A stretch of DNA of 22,641 nt. It comes from Tubiluchus corallicola (Eukaryota > Animalia > Priapulida). The translations under genes and the position numbers were made by a program. The DNA is taken from contig JAQGDQ010002475.1 of assembly GCA_030141605.1 (NCBI GenBank), positions 1 to 22,641 of the forward strand. Reading direction: 5' to 3'. Below, piece after piece: positions 1 to 10,838 of this stretch; the stretch's first letter is position 1; every line of letters starts with the position of its first letter. A model generated the notes under the pieces. That model worked only from the letters and a program-made list of their open reading frames with translations. It ran no database searches and was not told where the DNA came from.

Positions 1-192
<192 letters not shown>

Positions 193-240
193 CTAGCTCT
201 CTATTTGAGAAGGTGAAGTCGTTTGCTGTGGAGCGAAAGC

Positions 241-289
241 CGCCAGCTTTTTTTGCTGGCGCGTATTTTCATTCGCCACGGGGGTGGCG
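241..289. other. Two GC-rich stem-loops in the sucB-lpdA spacer
   Basis: cgccagc-T7-gctggcg (241-261) and cgccac-gggg-gtggcg (274-289), both perfect stems. No U-tract follows on the coding (-) strand. Confidence 0.55.
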
Positions 290-305
290 GAGAGGGGGTG
301 TAAAG

Positions 306-1484
306 CTAGCATGATTCTAAAACCATATGGCTTGGGTTTTCAAGATAATGTTTAATCGCGACCAAGAAGGAGACGGCTTCTTTTCCATCGATAATTCTAT
401 GATCATAGGTAAGAGCGAGGTACATGATGGGTCTGGCGGCGATTGTGCCGTCTTTTAGCACAACGGGTCTTTCTGTAATATTGTGCATTCCTAGGATGGC
501 GGATTGCGGGGGGTTTAAAATAGGTGTTGAGAGCATAGAGCCGTAGATTCCACCGTTTGTGATTGTGAAGGTTCCGCCTGAGAGTTCCTCGATCTGTAAT
601 TTTTTATTTTTCGCGCGTGTTGCGAAGTCGATAATTTTCTTTTCTATATCGGGTGGTGAGAGCTGCTCGACATTGCGGATGACGGGGACGACCAGTCCGT
701 TTTCGGTTCCGATGGCGACGCCGATATGGTAGTGGTTATGGTAAAGGATGGCGTCGTCGCGAATTTCCGCGTTGACGGCGGGGAATTCTTTTAAAGCGAG
801 GGTAGAGGCTTTAATAAAGAGGGACATAAAGCCCAGTTTTACAGAGTGTTTTTTTTGAAATTTTTCGTTTGCCTCTTTTCTGAGGCGTATAATCTCGGAC
901 ATATCCACTTCGTTAAAGGTCGTGAGCATGGCGGCTGTATTCTGAGCGTCTTTGAGCCGTTGCGCGATTTTTTTCCGCAAAGGAGTCATAGGAACGCTAA
1001 CGCTGTCTTTATCAAGGGGGATATTTTGCTGTTGTGTTTCTTCTGCTGTCGTGCGAACTGTTGGCGAGGGAGGAATATCTTCTTTAAGGATATGACCTTT
1101 GGGCCCGCTGGCGGGCAGGGTATTTATGTCGATTTGAGGAGACTGCTCAAGGATATGTCTCGCTGCTGGAGAGAGTTTCACGGCAGAAGGCTCCTCTTCT
1201 GCTGTTGTTGTGTCTTTTTTGTCTTTTGTTGTTTTTGTATTGATTTTACTGGTATCGATTTTTGCGATAATGGCGTTAACAGAGACGATATCATTTTCTG
1301 GATGGATGATTTCGGTGATGGTTCCGGCTTTGGGCGCTCTGATTTCTAGGGAGACTTTATCGGTTTCGATTTCGGCGATAATTTCATCTTCTTCCACGGT
1401 ATCGCCAATTGTTTTGAGCCAGCGTGCGATGACGGCTTCTGAGATGGATTCTCCGAGCATGGGGACGTGAATATCTATGGTCAT
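306..1484 (-). CDS. sucB: 2-oxoglutarate dehydrogenase E2, dihydrolipoyl succinyltransferase
   Basis: Lipoyl domain ([11 protein letters not shown]...ETDKV), E3-binding domain (SPAAR...[11 protein letters not shown]) and catalytic DHRIIDG. Start trimmed from 1568 to ATG 1484, which has an AGGAGA RBS at 1491-1496 and avoids overlap with sucA. Confidence 0.97.
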   Translation of the reverse strand: MTIDIHVPMLGESISEAVIARWLKTIGDTVEEDEIIAEIETDKVSLEIRAPKAGTITEIIHPENDIVSVNAIIAKIDTSKINTKTTKDKKDTTTAEEEPSAVKLSPAARHILEQSPQIDINTLPASGPKGHILKEDIPPSPTVRTTAEETQQQNIPLDKDSVSVPMTPLRKKIAQRLKDAQNTAAMLTTFNEVDMSEIIRLRKEANEKFQKKHSVKLGFMSLFIKASTLALKEFPAVNAEIRDDAILYHNHYHIGVAIGTENGLVVPVIRNVEQLSPPDIEKKIIDFATRAKNKKLQIEELSGGTFTITNGGIYGSMLSTPILNPPQSAILGMHNITERPVVLKDGTIAARPIMYLALTYDHRIIDGKEAVSFLVAIKHYLENPSHMVLESC

Positions 1485-1503
1485 ATTTTTTCTCCTGAGC
1501 GTT

Positions 1504-4362
1504 TTATTTTTGGTTCCAGGTTTTCCATTGTTGGATTCTGAAGAAGGGTTGTGGAATTTCGCGTTCATCTGCTGAGAGTGCCCAATGGAGGATTTCCTCT
1601 TGTTCCTGTAGGAATTTTTTATAGAACCCTCCTGCTGTTGCGGCGCTGCCTCTTCGTCCGACGTAGATGACGTGTTGATGCTGATGGTTTAATTCTTTTA
1701 GAATATTGTAGAGTCTGGGCTCAATAAAGATCCACGCGCCCATATTGGCGGGCTCTTCCTGACACCAGTAGATTTTTGCGTTAGGATATTGCTGGAATTG
1801 TTCTTTCAGCTTGCTCCATGGCAGAGGATAGAGCTGCTCGATTCGCGCGATGGCGACATTGGTTATTTTTCTTTTTTCTCTTTCCTGCAACAGGTCCCAA
1901 TATATTTTTCCGCTGCACAGGAGGAGTTTTTTTATTTCGCTATTGGGTTTTAGGGGATGTGTTTCTGATATGAATCGTTTAAACCCGCTGTTTTCTGCCA
2001 TTTCATGTAAGTCTGATGTTGCCATGGGGTGTCGCAGCATGGATTTTGGCGTCATAATGATGAGGGGTTTTCGGAAATTTCTGTAGATTTGTCGCCTTAG
2101 GGCGTGGAAATAGTTCGCCGGTGTGGTTGGGAAGATCACCTGTATATTATTTTCGGCGCAGAGTTGGAGATATCGCTCAAGGCGCGCGGAGGAATGTTCT
2201 GGTCCCTGTCCTTCGTATCCGTGGGGAAGAAGGAGTGTTATGCCGGACATGCGGAGCCATTTCGCTTCTGCGGATACGATAAACTGGTCGATCATGGTTT
2301 GGGCGCTATTTGCGAAATCGCCAAATTGCGCTTCCCATAGAATGAGTTTATGAGGGTCGGCCAGGGAATATCCGTATTCGAATCCGAGGACACCTGCTTC
2401 GGAAAGAGGGCTTTCCAGCACATCGAAGAAGGCTTGCCTGGAGGAGATATTATTAAGGGGGATGTATCGCTCTTCGTTTTCCTGATTGACGATGACGGCA
2501 TGTCGTTGTGAGAATGTTCCGCGGCAGGAGTCCTGTCCGGAGAGTCGCACGCCGATTCCTTCTTGCAGGAGTGTTCCGAAAGCGAGAGCTTCAGCAGTTG
2601 CCCAGTCGATTTGTTTTTGGTTTTCGATCAGCTGCTGTCGTTTTTCGTATTGTTGTTTAATTTTTCTGTGAGCGTTTGCTTTTTCGGGGATATGGGTTAT
2701 GGCTTTTCCGATAGCTTGGAGGGTTTTCAGGGGGACGAATGTTTCATGGTCGAGTCGTTCTTCTTCTCTGGAGTCAAAGGAGGGAGCGATCAGTCCTTTC
2801 CATCGCGCGGAGAGTTGGAAATTTTTTTCCGGCTGGTAGTTTTCCGCGTTATTGAAGGCTTCGTCTAGGGTCTGATTTTTTTGTTTTATGATAGTATTGA
2901 TATCGGTTTCCTGGAGGATATTCTCATCAATGAGTTTTTTTGCGTAGATTTCCTGTGTTGTGGGGTGGTTATGGATTGCTTGATACATGATAGGTTGTGT
3001 GAATCTGGGCTCGTCGCTTTCGTTATGGCCGTATCGTCGATAGCAGAACATATCGATGATGACGTCTCTATTGAATGTTTGTTGGAATTCCACGGCGAGT
3101 TTAGCGACATAGACAACGGCTTCTGGGTCATCGCCGTTTACGTGGAAGATAGGGGCTTGGATCATTTTGGCTACGTCGGAGGGGTATGGGGATGAGCGTG
3201 CTTTTGCGGGCGCTGTTGTAAATCCGATTTGGTTATTGACGATGAAATGTATGCTTCCGCCGGTTTTATAGCCGTTGAGCTGAGAGAGCGCGAGTGTTTC
3301 CGCGACGATTCCCTGTCCTGCGAACGCTGCGTCTCCGTGGAACATGAGTCCGAGGACTTGTTTTCGTTCTGTATCGTTGATGGAATCTTGGATCGCGCGG
3401 ACTTTTCCGACAACGACGGGGTTGACGGCTTCTAGGTGTGAAGGGTTGGCGCACAGGGAGAGATAGACGCTATTGTCGTTAAATTGTCTATTTGCGGAGG
3501 CGCCCAGATGGTATTTAACGTCGCCGGATCCTTCGACATTATCGGGATAGGTGGATCGTCCGTCGAATTCGGAGACGATTGCGCTCACGGATTTTTGGAG
3601 GGTATTGGCAAGGACGTTGAGACGTCCGCGGTGTGGCATTCCGATGACGATTTCTTTTACGCCGAGTTGTCCGCCATGTCTAATAATTTCTTCTATAGCG
3701 GGGATAGTGGCTTCGCCGCCGTCGAGTCCGAATCGTTTTGTTCCGGGATATTTTTTATGGAAGAATTTTTCGAAACATTCGGCGTCGACGAGTTGTTTAT
3801 AGATAGTTTGTTTTTCGCCGTTTGTGAAAAGGGGTGTACTTTTGATTGATTCGACATGTCGTTGTATCCAGTCTTTTTCTTCTGGCTCCATGATATGCAT
3901 AAATTCGACACCGATTGTCCCACAGTATGTTTGCTGGACGATTTGAATGATTTCTCTGAGGGTTGCGGTTTCGAGACCGAGATATCCGCTGATGAAGATC
4001 GGTCTGTCCATATCGTTGTCGGTGAAGTTGTAATTTTTTGGATCGAGTTCGGGGTGGGAGATTTTTCGTTCGATATTCAAAGGGTCGAAGTGAGCGATAA
4101 GATGCCCGCGAACGCGATAGGTTCTGATCATCATGAGCGCGCGAACGGTATCGAGGATAGCTTGTTTTTGCTGATCGTTGCTTACGGTCACGGCTGTTGT
4201 TGGCGTGATTATTTCGGAATCGGTTGTTTTTTGTTGTTCGATAGTGTGAAAGAATTGCGTCCATTCTGGATCAAGGGCATTTGGGTTGGTTTGATAATGT
4301 TTATAAAGATCGGCCAAGTAAAAGGCGTTATTTCCATTAAGAAGTGTATCGGTATGGCTCAT
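1504..4362 (-). CDS. sucA: 2-oxoglutarate dehydrogenase E1 component
   Basis: 952 aa with [33 protein letters not shown]-binding [21 protein letters not shown] and [20 protein letters not shown]. Confidence 0.98.
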   Translation of the reverse strand: MSHTDTLLNGNNAFYLADLYKHYQTNPNALDPEWTQFFHTIEQQKTTDSEIITPTTAVTVSNDQQKQAILDTVRALMMIRTYRVRGHLIAHFDPLNIERKISHPELDPKNYNFTDNDMDRPIFISGYLGLETATLREIIQIVQQTYCGTIGVEFMHIMEPEEKDWIQRHVESIKSTPLFTNGEKQTIYKQLVDAECFEKFFHKKYPGTKRFGLDGGEATIPAIEEIIRHGGQLGVKEIVIGMPHRGRLNVLANTLQKSVSAIVSEFDGRSTYPDNVEGSGDVKYHLGASANRQFNDNSVYLSLCANPSHLEAVNPVVVGKVRAIQDSINDTERKQVLGLMFHGDAAFAGQGIVAETLALSQLNGYKTGGSIHFIVNNQIGFTTAPAKARSSPYPSDVAKMIQAPIFHVNGDDPEAVVYVAKLAVEFQQTFNRDVIIDMFCYRRYGHNESDEPRFTQPIMYQAIHNHPTTQEIYAKKLIDENILQETDINTIIKQKNQTLDEAFNNAENYQPEKNFQLSARWKGLIAPSFDSREEERLDHETFVPLKTLQAIGKAITHIPEKANAHRKIKQQYEKRQQLIENQKQIDWATAEALAFGTLLQEGIGVRLSGQDSCRGTFSQRHAVIVNQENEERYIPLNNISSRQAFFDVLESPLSEAGVLGFEYGYSLADPHKLILWEAQFGDFANSAQTMIDQFIVSAEAKWLRMSGITLLLPHGYEGQGPEHSSARLERYLQLCAENNIQVIFPTTPANYFHALRRQIYRNFRKPLIIMTPKSMLRHPMATSDLHEMAENSGFKRFISETHPLKPNSEIKKLLLCSGKIYWDLLQEREKRKITNVAIARIEQLYPLPWSKLKEQFQQYPNAKIYWCQEEPANMGAWIFIEPRLYNILKELNHQHQHVIYVGRRGSAATAGGFYKKFLQEQEEILHWALSADEREIPQPFFRIQQWKTWNQK

Positions 4363-4494
4363 TTTCTTCCCCTGTTTTCATTTTCCGTCAAGCGCTTTTA
4401 TTTTGCTGTATATAGTGTTTATTTTGGGTTAAAAGCGTTTTATGGTCCATGGGTATTCTGTCTTTGAGTGATGGTTAATTATCTCTCTTTAAGG

Positions 4495-5361
4495 TTAGGA
4501 TAATTTCAGTGATGTCGCGATATCGGCAGGCGATTTTGGTACGGTAATGCCAGCTTTTTTCAGGGCGTTTATTTTATCGATGGCGGTTCCTTTTCCGTCG
4601 GAGATGATGGCGCCCGCGTGTCCCATTCGTTTTCCTGGTGGCGCTGTGACGCCAGCGATGAATCCGACTGTTGGTTTTTTGATTGGCGATTGCGCGAGGA
4701 ATTTGGCGGCTTCTTCCTCTTCGGTTCCGCCGATTTCACCGATCATGATAATTCCGTATGTTTTCTCATCTTCTAAAAAGAGTTTCAGACAATCGATAAA
4801 CCCGAGTCCGTGTATGGGGTCTCCGCCGATACCGATGCAGGTTGATTGTCCTATTCCGATGGCGGTTGTTTGCGCGACGGCTTCGTATGTCAGTGTTCCG
4901 GATCGGGAGACGATACCGATATGGCCTGGCTGGTGTATATAGCCGGGCATGATGCCGATTTTGCATTCGCCTGGTGTGATTATTCCGGGGCAGTTTGGCC
5001 CGATGAGGGTAGATTCTGAGGTTTTCAGTGCGGCTTTTACGCGCAGCATATCGAGGATGGGGATTCCTTCTGTGATGCAGATAATGAGGGGTATTTTCGC
5101 GTTGATTGCTTCTAAGATGGCGTCTGCGGCGAAGGGGGCGGGTACATAGATAACGGTTGCGTTTGCGTCTGTTTCATTTTTAGCGTCTTGCAGGGTATTA
5201 AAGACGGGGAGGCCGAGATGTTTTGTTCCGCCTTTTCCTGGGGTAACGCCACCGACGAGGTTTGTTCCGTATGCGATGGCTTGTTCGGAGTGAAATGTTC
5301 CTTGCTGTCCGGTAAATCCTTGACAGAGGAGCCGTGTATTTTTATTGACGAGGATGGACAT
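4495..5361 (-). CDS. sucD: Succinyl-CoA synthetase alpha subunit
   Basis: True start [18 protein letters not shown] at ATG 5361, in a TAATG overlap with the sucC stop. GPNCPG and phospho-His motif RMGHAGA. Confidence 0.97.
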   Translation of the reverse strand: MSILVNKNTRLLCQGFTGQQGTFHSEQAIAYGTNLVGGVTPGKGGTKHLGLPVFNTLQDAKNETDANATVIYVPAPFAADAILEAINAKIPLIICITEGIPILDMLRVKAALKTSESTLIGPNCPGIITPGECKIGIMPGYIHQPGHIGIVSRSGTLTYEAVAQTTAIGIGQSTCIGIGGDPIHGLGFIDCLKLFLEDEKTYGIIMIGEIGGTEEEEAAKFLAQSPIKKPTVGFIAGVTAPPGKRMGHAGAIISDGKGTAIDKINALKKAGITVPKSPADIATSLKLS

Positions 5362-6530
5362 TATTCGGTCTCCTTTACGGCCTGGACGATTTTTTGGGCG
5401 GCTTCTGTTAATGTTGTTGCGGTTATAATAGGGAAGGGGGCGTTTTGCAGGAGCTCCTGTCCTTGAGTGACGTTTGTTCCTTCCAGTCGGATCACAAGGG
5501 GGATAGAAAGGGGGATAGTTTCCAGTGCTTTTAGGATTCCTTCCGCGATGAGGTTGCATCGCATGATTCCGCCGAAGATATTGACGAGGATTCCCTTGAC
5601 GTTTGGGTCAGCGAGCACGAGTTGAAAAGCGACTGCGATTCGCTCTGCGGTTGCGTTTCCGCCGACATCGAGGAAGTTTGCGGGCTCTCCTCCGTGGAGT
5701 TTGATAATATCCATGGTTGCCATGGCGAGTCCTGCTCCGTTGACCATGCAGCCGATATTTCCGTCAAGTTTGACGTAATTTAATTCATGTTTAGAGGCTT
5801 CCAGTTCGGCTTGATCTTCCTCATCTTTGTCTCGCAGGGCGGCGATATCTTTTTGCCGGTAGAGAGCGTTATCATCGAAGGAGACTTTTGCGTCAAGGGC
5901 CATGAGTGTATCGTCCTGTGTTAGGATCATGGGGTTGATTTCGACGAGGGAGGCGTCTGTTGTCGTGAAGCTTTTGTAAAGAGCGTTTAGAAACTGGTTT
6001 GCCTGTGCGATCTGTTTTCCGGAGAGTCCTAGGAAGAAGGCGACTTCTCGGGTATGGAAGGCGGAAAGGCCGACAAGGGGGTCGATAGGGAGCCGGAGGA
6101 TTTTCTCGGGGGTTTTCTCGGCGACTTCTTCGATATTCACACCGCCTTCTGGGGAAGCGATCAGGGTGAAGGTGTTATGTTGCCGATCGATTAGCATACT
6201 GAGGTAGAATTCTTTTTGTATGGAGCATCCTTGTTCGATCAGGAGTCTTTTGACTTCTTTTCCTTCGGGACCTGTCTGTGCTGTAACGAGTATTTTTCCG
6301 AGCATATTTTCGGCGGTTTTTCGCAGGTCATCGAGGGTGTCGACTAATTTGACTCCGCCGGCTTTTCCGCGTCCTCCTGCGTGAATTTGCGCTTTGACGA
6401 CCCATTGGTTCCCGCCGAGTTTATGGGCGTTTTCAAGGGCTTCGTCGGCTGTCCGTGCGGCGTATCCGTTCGGGACGGTGACGCCAAAGCTTTTCAGAAG
6501 GTTTTTTGCTTGATATTCGTGAATATTCAT
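5361..6530 (-). CDS. sucC: Succinyl-CoA synthetase beta subunit
   Basis: [42 protein letters not shown] and PANFLDVGG. Confidence 0.98.
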   Translation of the reverse strand: MNIHEYQAKNLLKSFGVTVPNGYAARTADEALENAHKLGGNQWVVKAQIHAGGRGKAGGVKLVDTLDDLRKTAENMLGKILVTAQTGPEGKEVKRLLIEQGCSIQKEFYLSMLIDRQHNTFTLIASPEGGVNIEEVAEKTPEKILRLPIDPLVGLSAFHTREVAFFLGLSGKQIAQANQFLNALYKSFTTTDASLVEINPMILTQDDTLMALDAKVSFDDNALYRQKDIAALRDKDEEDQAELEASKHELNYVKLDGNIGCMVNGAGLAMATMDIIKLHGGEPANFLDVGGNATAERIAVAFQLVLADPNVKGILVNIFGGIMRCNLIAEGILKALETIPLSIPLVIRLEGTNVTQGQELLQNAPFPIITATTLTEAAQKIVQAVKETE

Positions 6531-6683
6531 TGAGTATTTTTCCCTGTTATTCTAGCGCTTAATTTTTTTTATAAAGCTATTTTAATTTATAGTGGTAATT
6601 TCCATTATCGTTTAGTGTTTTGTTTAAAGCCATATTGTTTTGCTTTGATAACGGTTGTTTTCAAGCTTTTGCCGGCAGAGATG

Positions 6684-6730
6684 AGGAGAGCGCGAAAGCG
6701 ACCTTTAAGGCGGTGTTTACGCGCTCTTCT
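6684..6730. terminator. Long stem-loop just downstream of mdh; possible terminator or mRNA-stabilising hairpin
   Basis: aggagagcgcg (6684-6694) pairs with cgcgctcttct (6720-6730), 11 nt after the mdh stop. No U-tract on the - strand. Confidence 0.4.
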
Positions 6731-6741
6731 TATAGCGATAG

Positions 6742-7707
<966 letters not shown>

Positions 7708-7763
7708 TTAGATTAATAAATGATTTAAAGGTTTATTGTGTTACTGGTTACTATTCTTAAGTG

Positions 7764-7793
7764 AGGCTATAATAACTTTTCTTGACAGTCAAG
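7764..7793 (-). promoter_or_regulatory. Putative sigma70 promoter of mdh-suc-lpd, with a palindrome over the -35
   Basis: Minus strand TTGACT (7792-7787), N17, TAGCCT (7769-7764). A perfect inverted repeat CTTGAC-A-GTCAAG at 7781-7793 overlaps the -35. Confidence 0.55.
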
Positions 7794-7824
7794 CCTATTT
7801 GAGCGTTTTGCTGTGGCAGGTGGC

Positions 7825-8823
7825 TTAACGGTGAAAGGGAAATTTTGAGAAGGATTGCTGGATATTTTTTTCGACACCGAAAATGTGTGCAAAAAGAGCC
7901 ATTCGGACAGGAATGCCGTTATCGGCCTGCTTGAAGATGGCGAGTCTTGGATCGTCATTGAGATCGTCGGCGAGGTCATTGGCGTTAGCTCTGCTGTCTC
8001 GTGGCAGGGGGTGCATGATGATTGTTGATTTTTTACAATATTCGTTAACTTTTTCGCGATTGATTCGAAAGGCACTGCTGTAATTTTGTGAGCCTGTATT
8101 TTCGGAGAATCGCTCTTGTTGTACGCGTGTTGCATAGACGACGTCGCAGTCGGTGATTCCGTCTGTCAGGGTGTGGAAGGTTTCCACGGAAATATTTTTT
8201 TCTTTCAGGTAGCTGATGACGCCTTCTGGCATAGCAAGGTGGGATGGAGAGACTAGGTTGATATGTATTCCCGGATACAAAGCGAGTAATCTGGCGAGGG
8301 AATGGACGGTCCGCCCGTGTTTTAGATCACCGACGAGGGCGATTTTCGCGTTATCTATTTTTTTATCTATGAGGGAGAATTCTTTGAAGATTGTATAAAG
8401 ATCAAGGAGGGATTGAGTAGGATGTTCGCCGATTCCGTCGCCACCGTTAATGACGGGTACGGGGGAGGATTGTGCGAATTGCTTGGCGGATCCGACATCG
8501 GGGTGCCGCAGGACAATGACGTCGACATATCCACCGATGACCCGAGCGGTATCGTAGAGGGATTCTCCTTTCGAGATAGAGGAGAATTGCACCCCTGTGA
8601 CGTCGCAAATCGATCCGCCGAGTCGATTGAAGGCTGTCGCAAAGCTCATGCGTGTTCGGGTGCTGGGTTCAAAGAAGAGGTTGGCGAGGACGATTCCGTT
8701 AAGGAGAGAGGTTTTTTCCTTCCTGTTAGCGATGGGCTCGAGTTGTTGTGCGGTTTGAAAAAGGGCGTGTAGATTTTCGCGGTTAAACTGTTTTACCGAG
8801 AGGATATGAGAATTAAAAAGCAT
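7825..8823 (-). CDS. pyrB: Aspartate carbamoyltransferase catalytic subunit
   Basis: FFEPSTRT carbamoyl-phosphate motif, KGESLYDT, INGGDG..EHPTQ, VGDLKHGRTVHS and MHPLPR. Confidence 0.96.
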   Translation of the reverse strand: MLFNSHILSVKQFNRENLHALFQTAQQLEPIANRKEKTSLLNGIVLANLFFEPSTRTRMSFATAFNRLGGSICDVTGVQFSSISKGESLYDTARVIGGYVDVIVLRHPDVGSAKQFAQSSPVPVINGGDGIGEHPTQSLLDLYTIFKEFSLIDKKIDNAKIALVGDLKHGRTVHSLARLLALYPGIHINLVSPSHLAMPEGVISYLKEKNISVETFHTLTDGITDCDVVYATRVQQERFSENTGSQNYSSAFRINREKVNEYCKKSTIIMHPLPRDSRANANDLADDLNDDPRLAIFKQADNGIPVRMALFAHIFGVEKNIQQSFSKFPFHR

Positions 8824-8859
8824 GAATAATAGTTCCTTTTTCGTGTATTAAATAGTGTG

Positions 8860-9813
8860 TTAGAGGGTTTGAATAAGTTGTTTTAGTTTTTCGAGGTCCG
8901 CGTTGAAGTTTCTGATTCCTTCCGCGAGTTTTTCTGTTGCCATTGGATTTTCGTTCATGAGCCAGCGGAATTTATTTTCGTTGAGTTCAAGGGGGGCGAC
9001 ATTTTGGGATTTCGCGCTTTTCGCGCTTAGTTTTTGTGTAAGGGGGTTTGTATCGTTTTGGAGTTCTGTAAGGAGGGTGGGACTGATGGTGAGGCGATCG
9101 CATCCCGCGAGGGCTTCGATTTCCTCTTTATTTCTAAAGGACGCGCCCATGACGATTGTATTGATATCGAATTTTTTATAATAGGTATAGATTTCCTGTA
9201 CGGACAGGACGCCTGGGTCATTTTCGGCTGTGTATGTTTCTCCGGTTGTTTGTGTATACCAATCGAGGATTCTCCCGACGAACGGAGAAATTAAAAAGAC
9301 ATTCGCATCGGCGCATGCGACAGCTTGTGTGAGGCAGAAAAGGAGTGTGAGGTTACAGCGTATATTTTCTTTTTCGAGAATTTTCGCAGCTTGGATCCCT
9401 TCCCATGTCGCGGCGATTTTAATCAGGACTCTTTCGGGGGGGATGTTGGCTTCTTTATAGAGGGAGATAAGGTATCGCGCTCGTTTGATGGTTTCTTCTC
9501 TGTGGAAGGAGAGGGAGGCGTCGACTTCTGTGGAGATATAGCCGGGGATCAGGTTAAGGAGTTCTGCGCCGAAATTAACGGAGAGTTTATCGATGCTGTT
9601 ATTGAGTTGTGTTTCTTTGCTGCCGCCCTTTTTTTGGGCCCATTTTATGGCATTTTTCACGAGGGGTTCGTATTTTGGCATTTGGGCGGCCTGATAGATG
9701 AGGGAGGGGTTGGTTGTGCAGTCTTGTGGTGAGAATTGTTCAATCGCGGTGATATTTCCGGTATCAGCGACGACGGTTGTATAGGTTTTGAGCTGTTGAA
9801 GTTTTGATATCAT
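8860..9813 (-). CDS. tal: Transaldolase, long (~317 aa) TalA/TalB type
   Basis: TTVVADTG, DCTTNPSL, Schiff-base LIKIAATWEG, CNLTLLF, ISPFVGRI and VMGASFR. ATG 9813 (AAGGG RBS 8 nt upstream) is preferred over GTG 9822. Confidence 0.96.
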   Translation of the reverse strand: MISKLQQLKTYTTVVADTGNITAIEQFSPQDCTTNPSLIYQAAQMPKYEPLVKNAIKWAQKKGGSKETQLNNSIDKLSVNFGAELLNLIPGYISTEVDASLSFHREETIKRARYLISLYKEANIPPERVLIKIAATWEGIQAAKILEKENIRCNLTLLFCLTQAVACADANVFLISPFVGRILDWYTQTTGETYTAENDPGVLSVQEIYTYYKKFDINTIVMGASFRNKEEIEALAGCDRLTISPTLLTELQNDTNPLTQKLSAKSAKSQNVAPLELNENKFRWLMNENPMATEKLAEGIRNFNADLEKLKQLIQTL

Positions 9814-9892
9814 TTTGGCCACCCTTATTTTATTTATATATTGCGGGAAAGTGAGGTTTCAAAAGGCTTAATAAAGGATATTTTCATAGAAA

Positions 9893-9921
9893 AGTGTGCC
9901 TGTAATTGCCAAATTTGTCAA
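9893..9921 (-). promoter_or_regulatory. Possible sigma70 promoter for tal-pyrB
   Basis: Minus strand TTGACA (9921-9916), N17, CACACT (9898-9893; weak -10). Near-palindrome TTGCCAAATTTGTCAA at 9906-9921. Confidence 0.4.
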
Positions 9922-10042
9922 TAGCGCTTGCGTATGAGGGGTGGGTTTGTTTTTTATTTTGCCGGTGAGGTTTTTGGGTAGGGGATTTATTTTCTTTGGA
10001 GGGTCTGTGTTTTTGTGGACTATTCTCGGTATGGGCAAACTG

Positions 10043-10071
10043 TTGCATATAATTTAAAATCGTTATATGTT
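10043..10071 (+). promoter_or_regulatory. Possible sigma70 promoter for the DUF3576-leuS cluster
   Basis: TTGCAT, N17, TATGTT, about 40 nt upstream of ATG 10111. Inverted repeat catataa...ttatatg at 10046-10069. Confidence 0.35.
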
Positions 10072-10110
10072 TGTTGTAAATAATATTCTGTTTGGTGTGA
10101 GTTTAAGGAA

Positions 10111-10689
10111 ATGAGTGTAATGATATTGAAAGATGGAAAGTCTCTTTTTGGTATAATGTTGGTGTTATTTTTCTCGGCGTGTGCTTCAGGGGAGGCGCCG
10201 GAGACGGAAAAGGCGCAGAAATACCCTTATGAGCTTCCTGGGGGAGAGGTTGTTTGGGCGGAGAGTCGCGCCGAGGCGTTAGAGCAGCATGAGTCTTTTT
10301 TAGGTAAGTATGCGCTGTCACGTTCGAACTGGGGGAAGAAGGACGCGAGTTCTGGTGAGGGGATAAGTGTTAACAGTTATCTTTGGCGAGCGTCTTTAGA
10401 TACGATACGGTTTATGCCGATTGCGCAGGTGGATCCGTTTGGGGGTGTTATGATTACGGATTGGTATGGTTCCTTGGAGATTCCTGATGAGCGGCTACGT
10501 GTGAATGTTTTGATTTTGGATCGTGTTTTGCGCGCGGACGCGTTGCGTGTGAATGTTTTCCGGCAAGTCTTGTCGGGTGGGGAGTGGGTTGACGCTCCTG
10601 TGAACAGTGATATGGGACGCCAGCTTGAGGATACGATTTTGTTAAGGGCGCGGCAGCTTCGTCAGGAAGAACTTCAGGAAGGGCGTTAA
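10111..10689 (+). CDS. DUF3576-family outer-membrane lipoprotein
   Basis: Lipobox-like FFSAC and the family-like block VNSYLWRASLDT..FMP...DPFGGV.ITDWY...LRADAL.V.VFRQ. Conserved position upstream of leuS in Alphaproteobacteria. Exact start uncertain. Confidence 0.85.
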   Translation: MSVMILKDGKSLFGIMLVLFFSACASGEAPETEKAQKYPYELPGGEVVWAESRAEALEQHESFLGKYALSRSNWGKKDASSGEGISVNSYLWRASLDTIRFMPIAQVDPFGGVMITDWYGSLEIPDERLRVNVLILDRVLRADALRVNVFRQVLSGGEWVDAPVNSDMGRQLEDTILLRARQLRQEELQEGR

Positions 10690-10838
10690 TGAAAGGTTTG
10701 CGGGCGGTTTTGCGTGCATGCATAGTTTTTGTATAGGGGTGGTTTTTGGTAGATTTTTTGAAGCTTTATAGTTTTATGATGGACTTTGGTTGGTCGTGTG
10801 ATTTTTCAATGCAGGGAATGGTAAGGATTTAGGTAAAG

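Noticed and set aside
1485-1568. 28-aa N-terminal extension of SucB in the ORF track
   Set aside because: It overlaps sucA, and ATG 1484 has a good RBS and begins the lipoyl domain.
5362-5559. 66-aa N-terminal extension of SucD in the ORF track
   Set aside because: It lies within sucC; the canonical MSIL start is coupled to the sucC stop.
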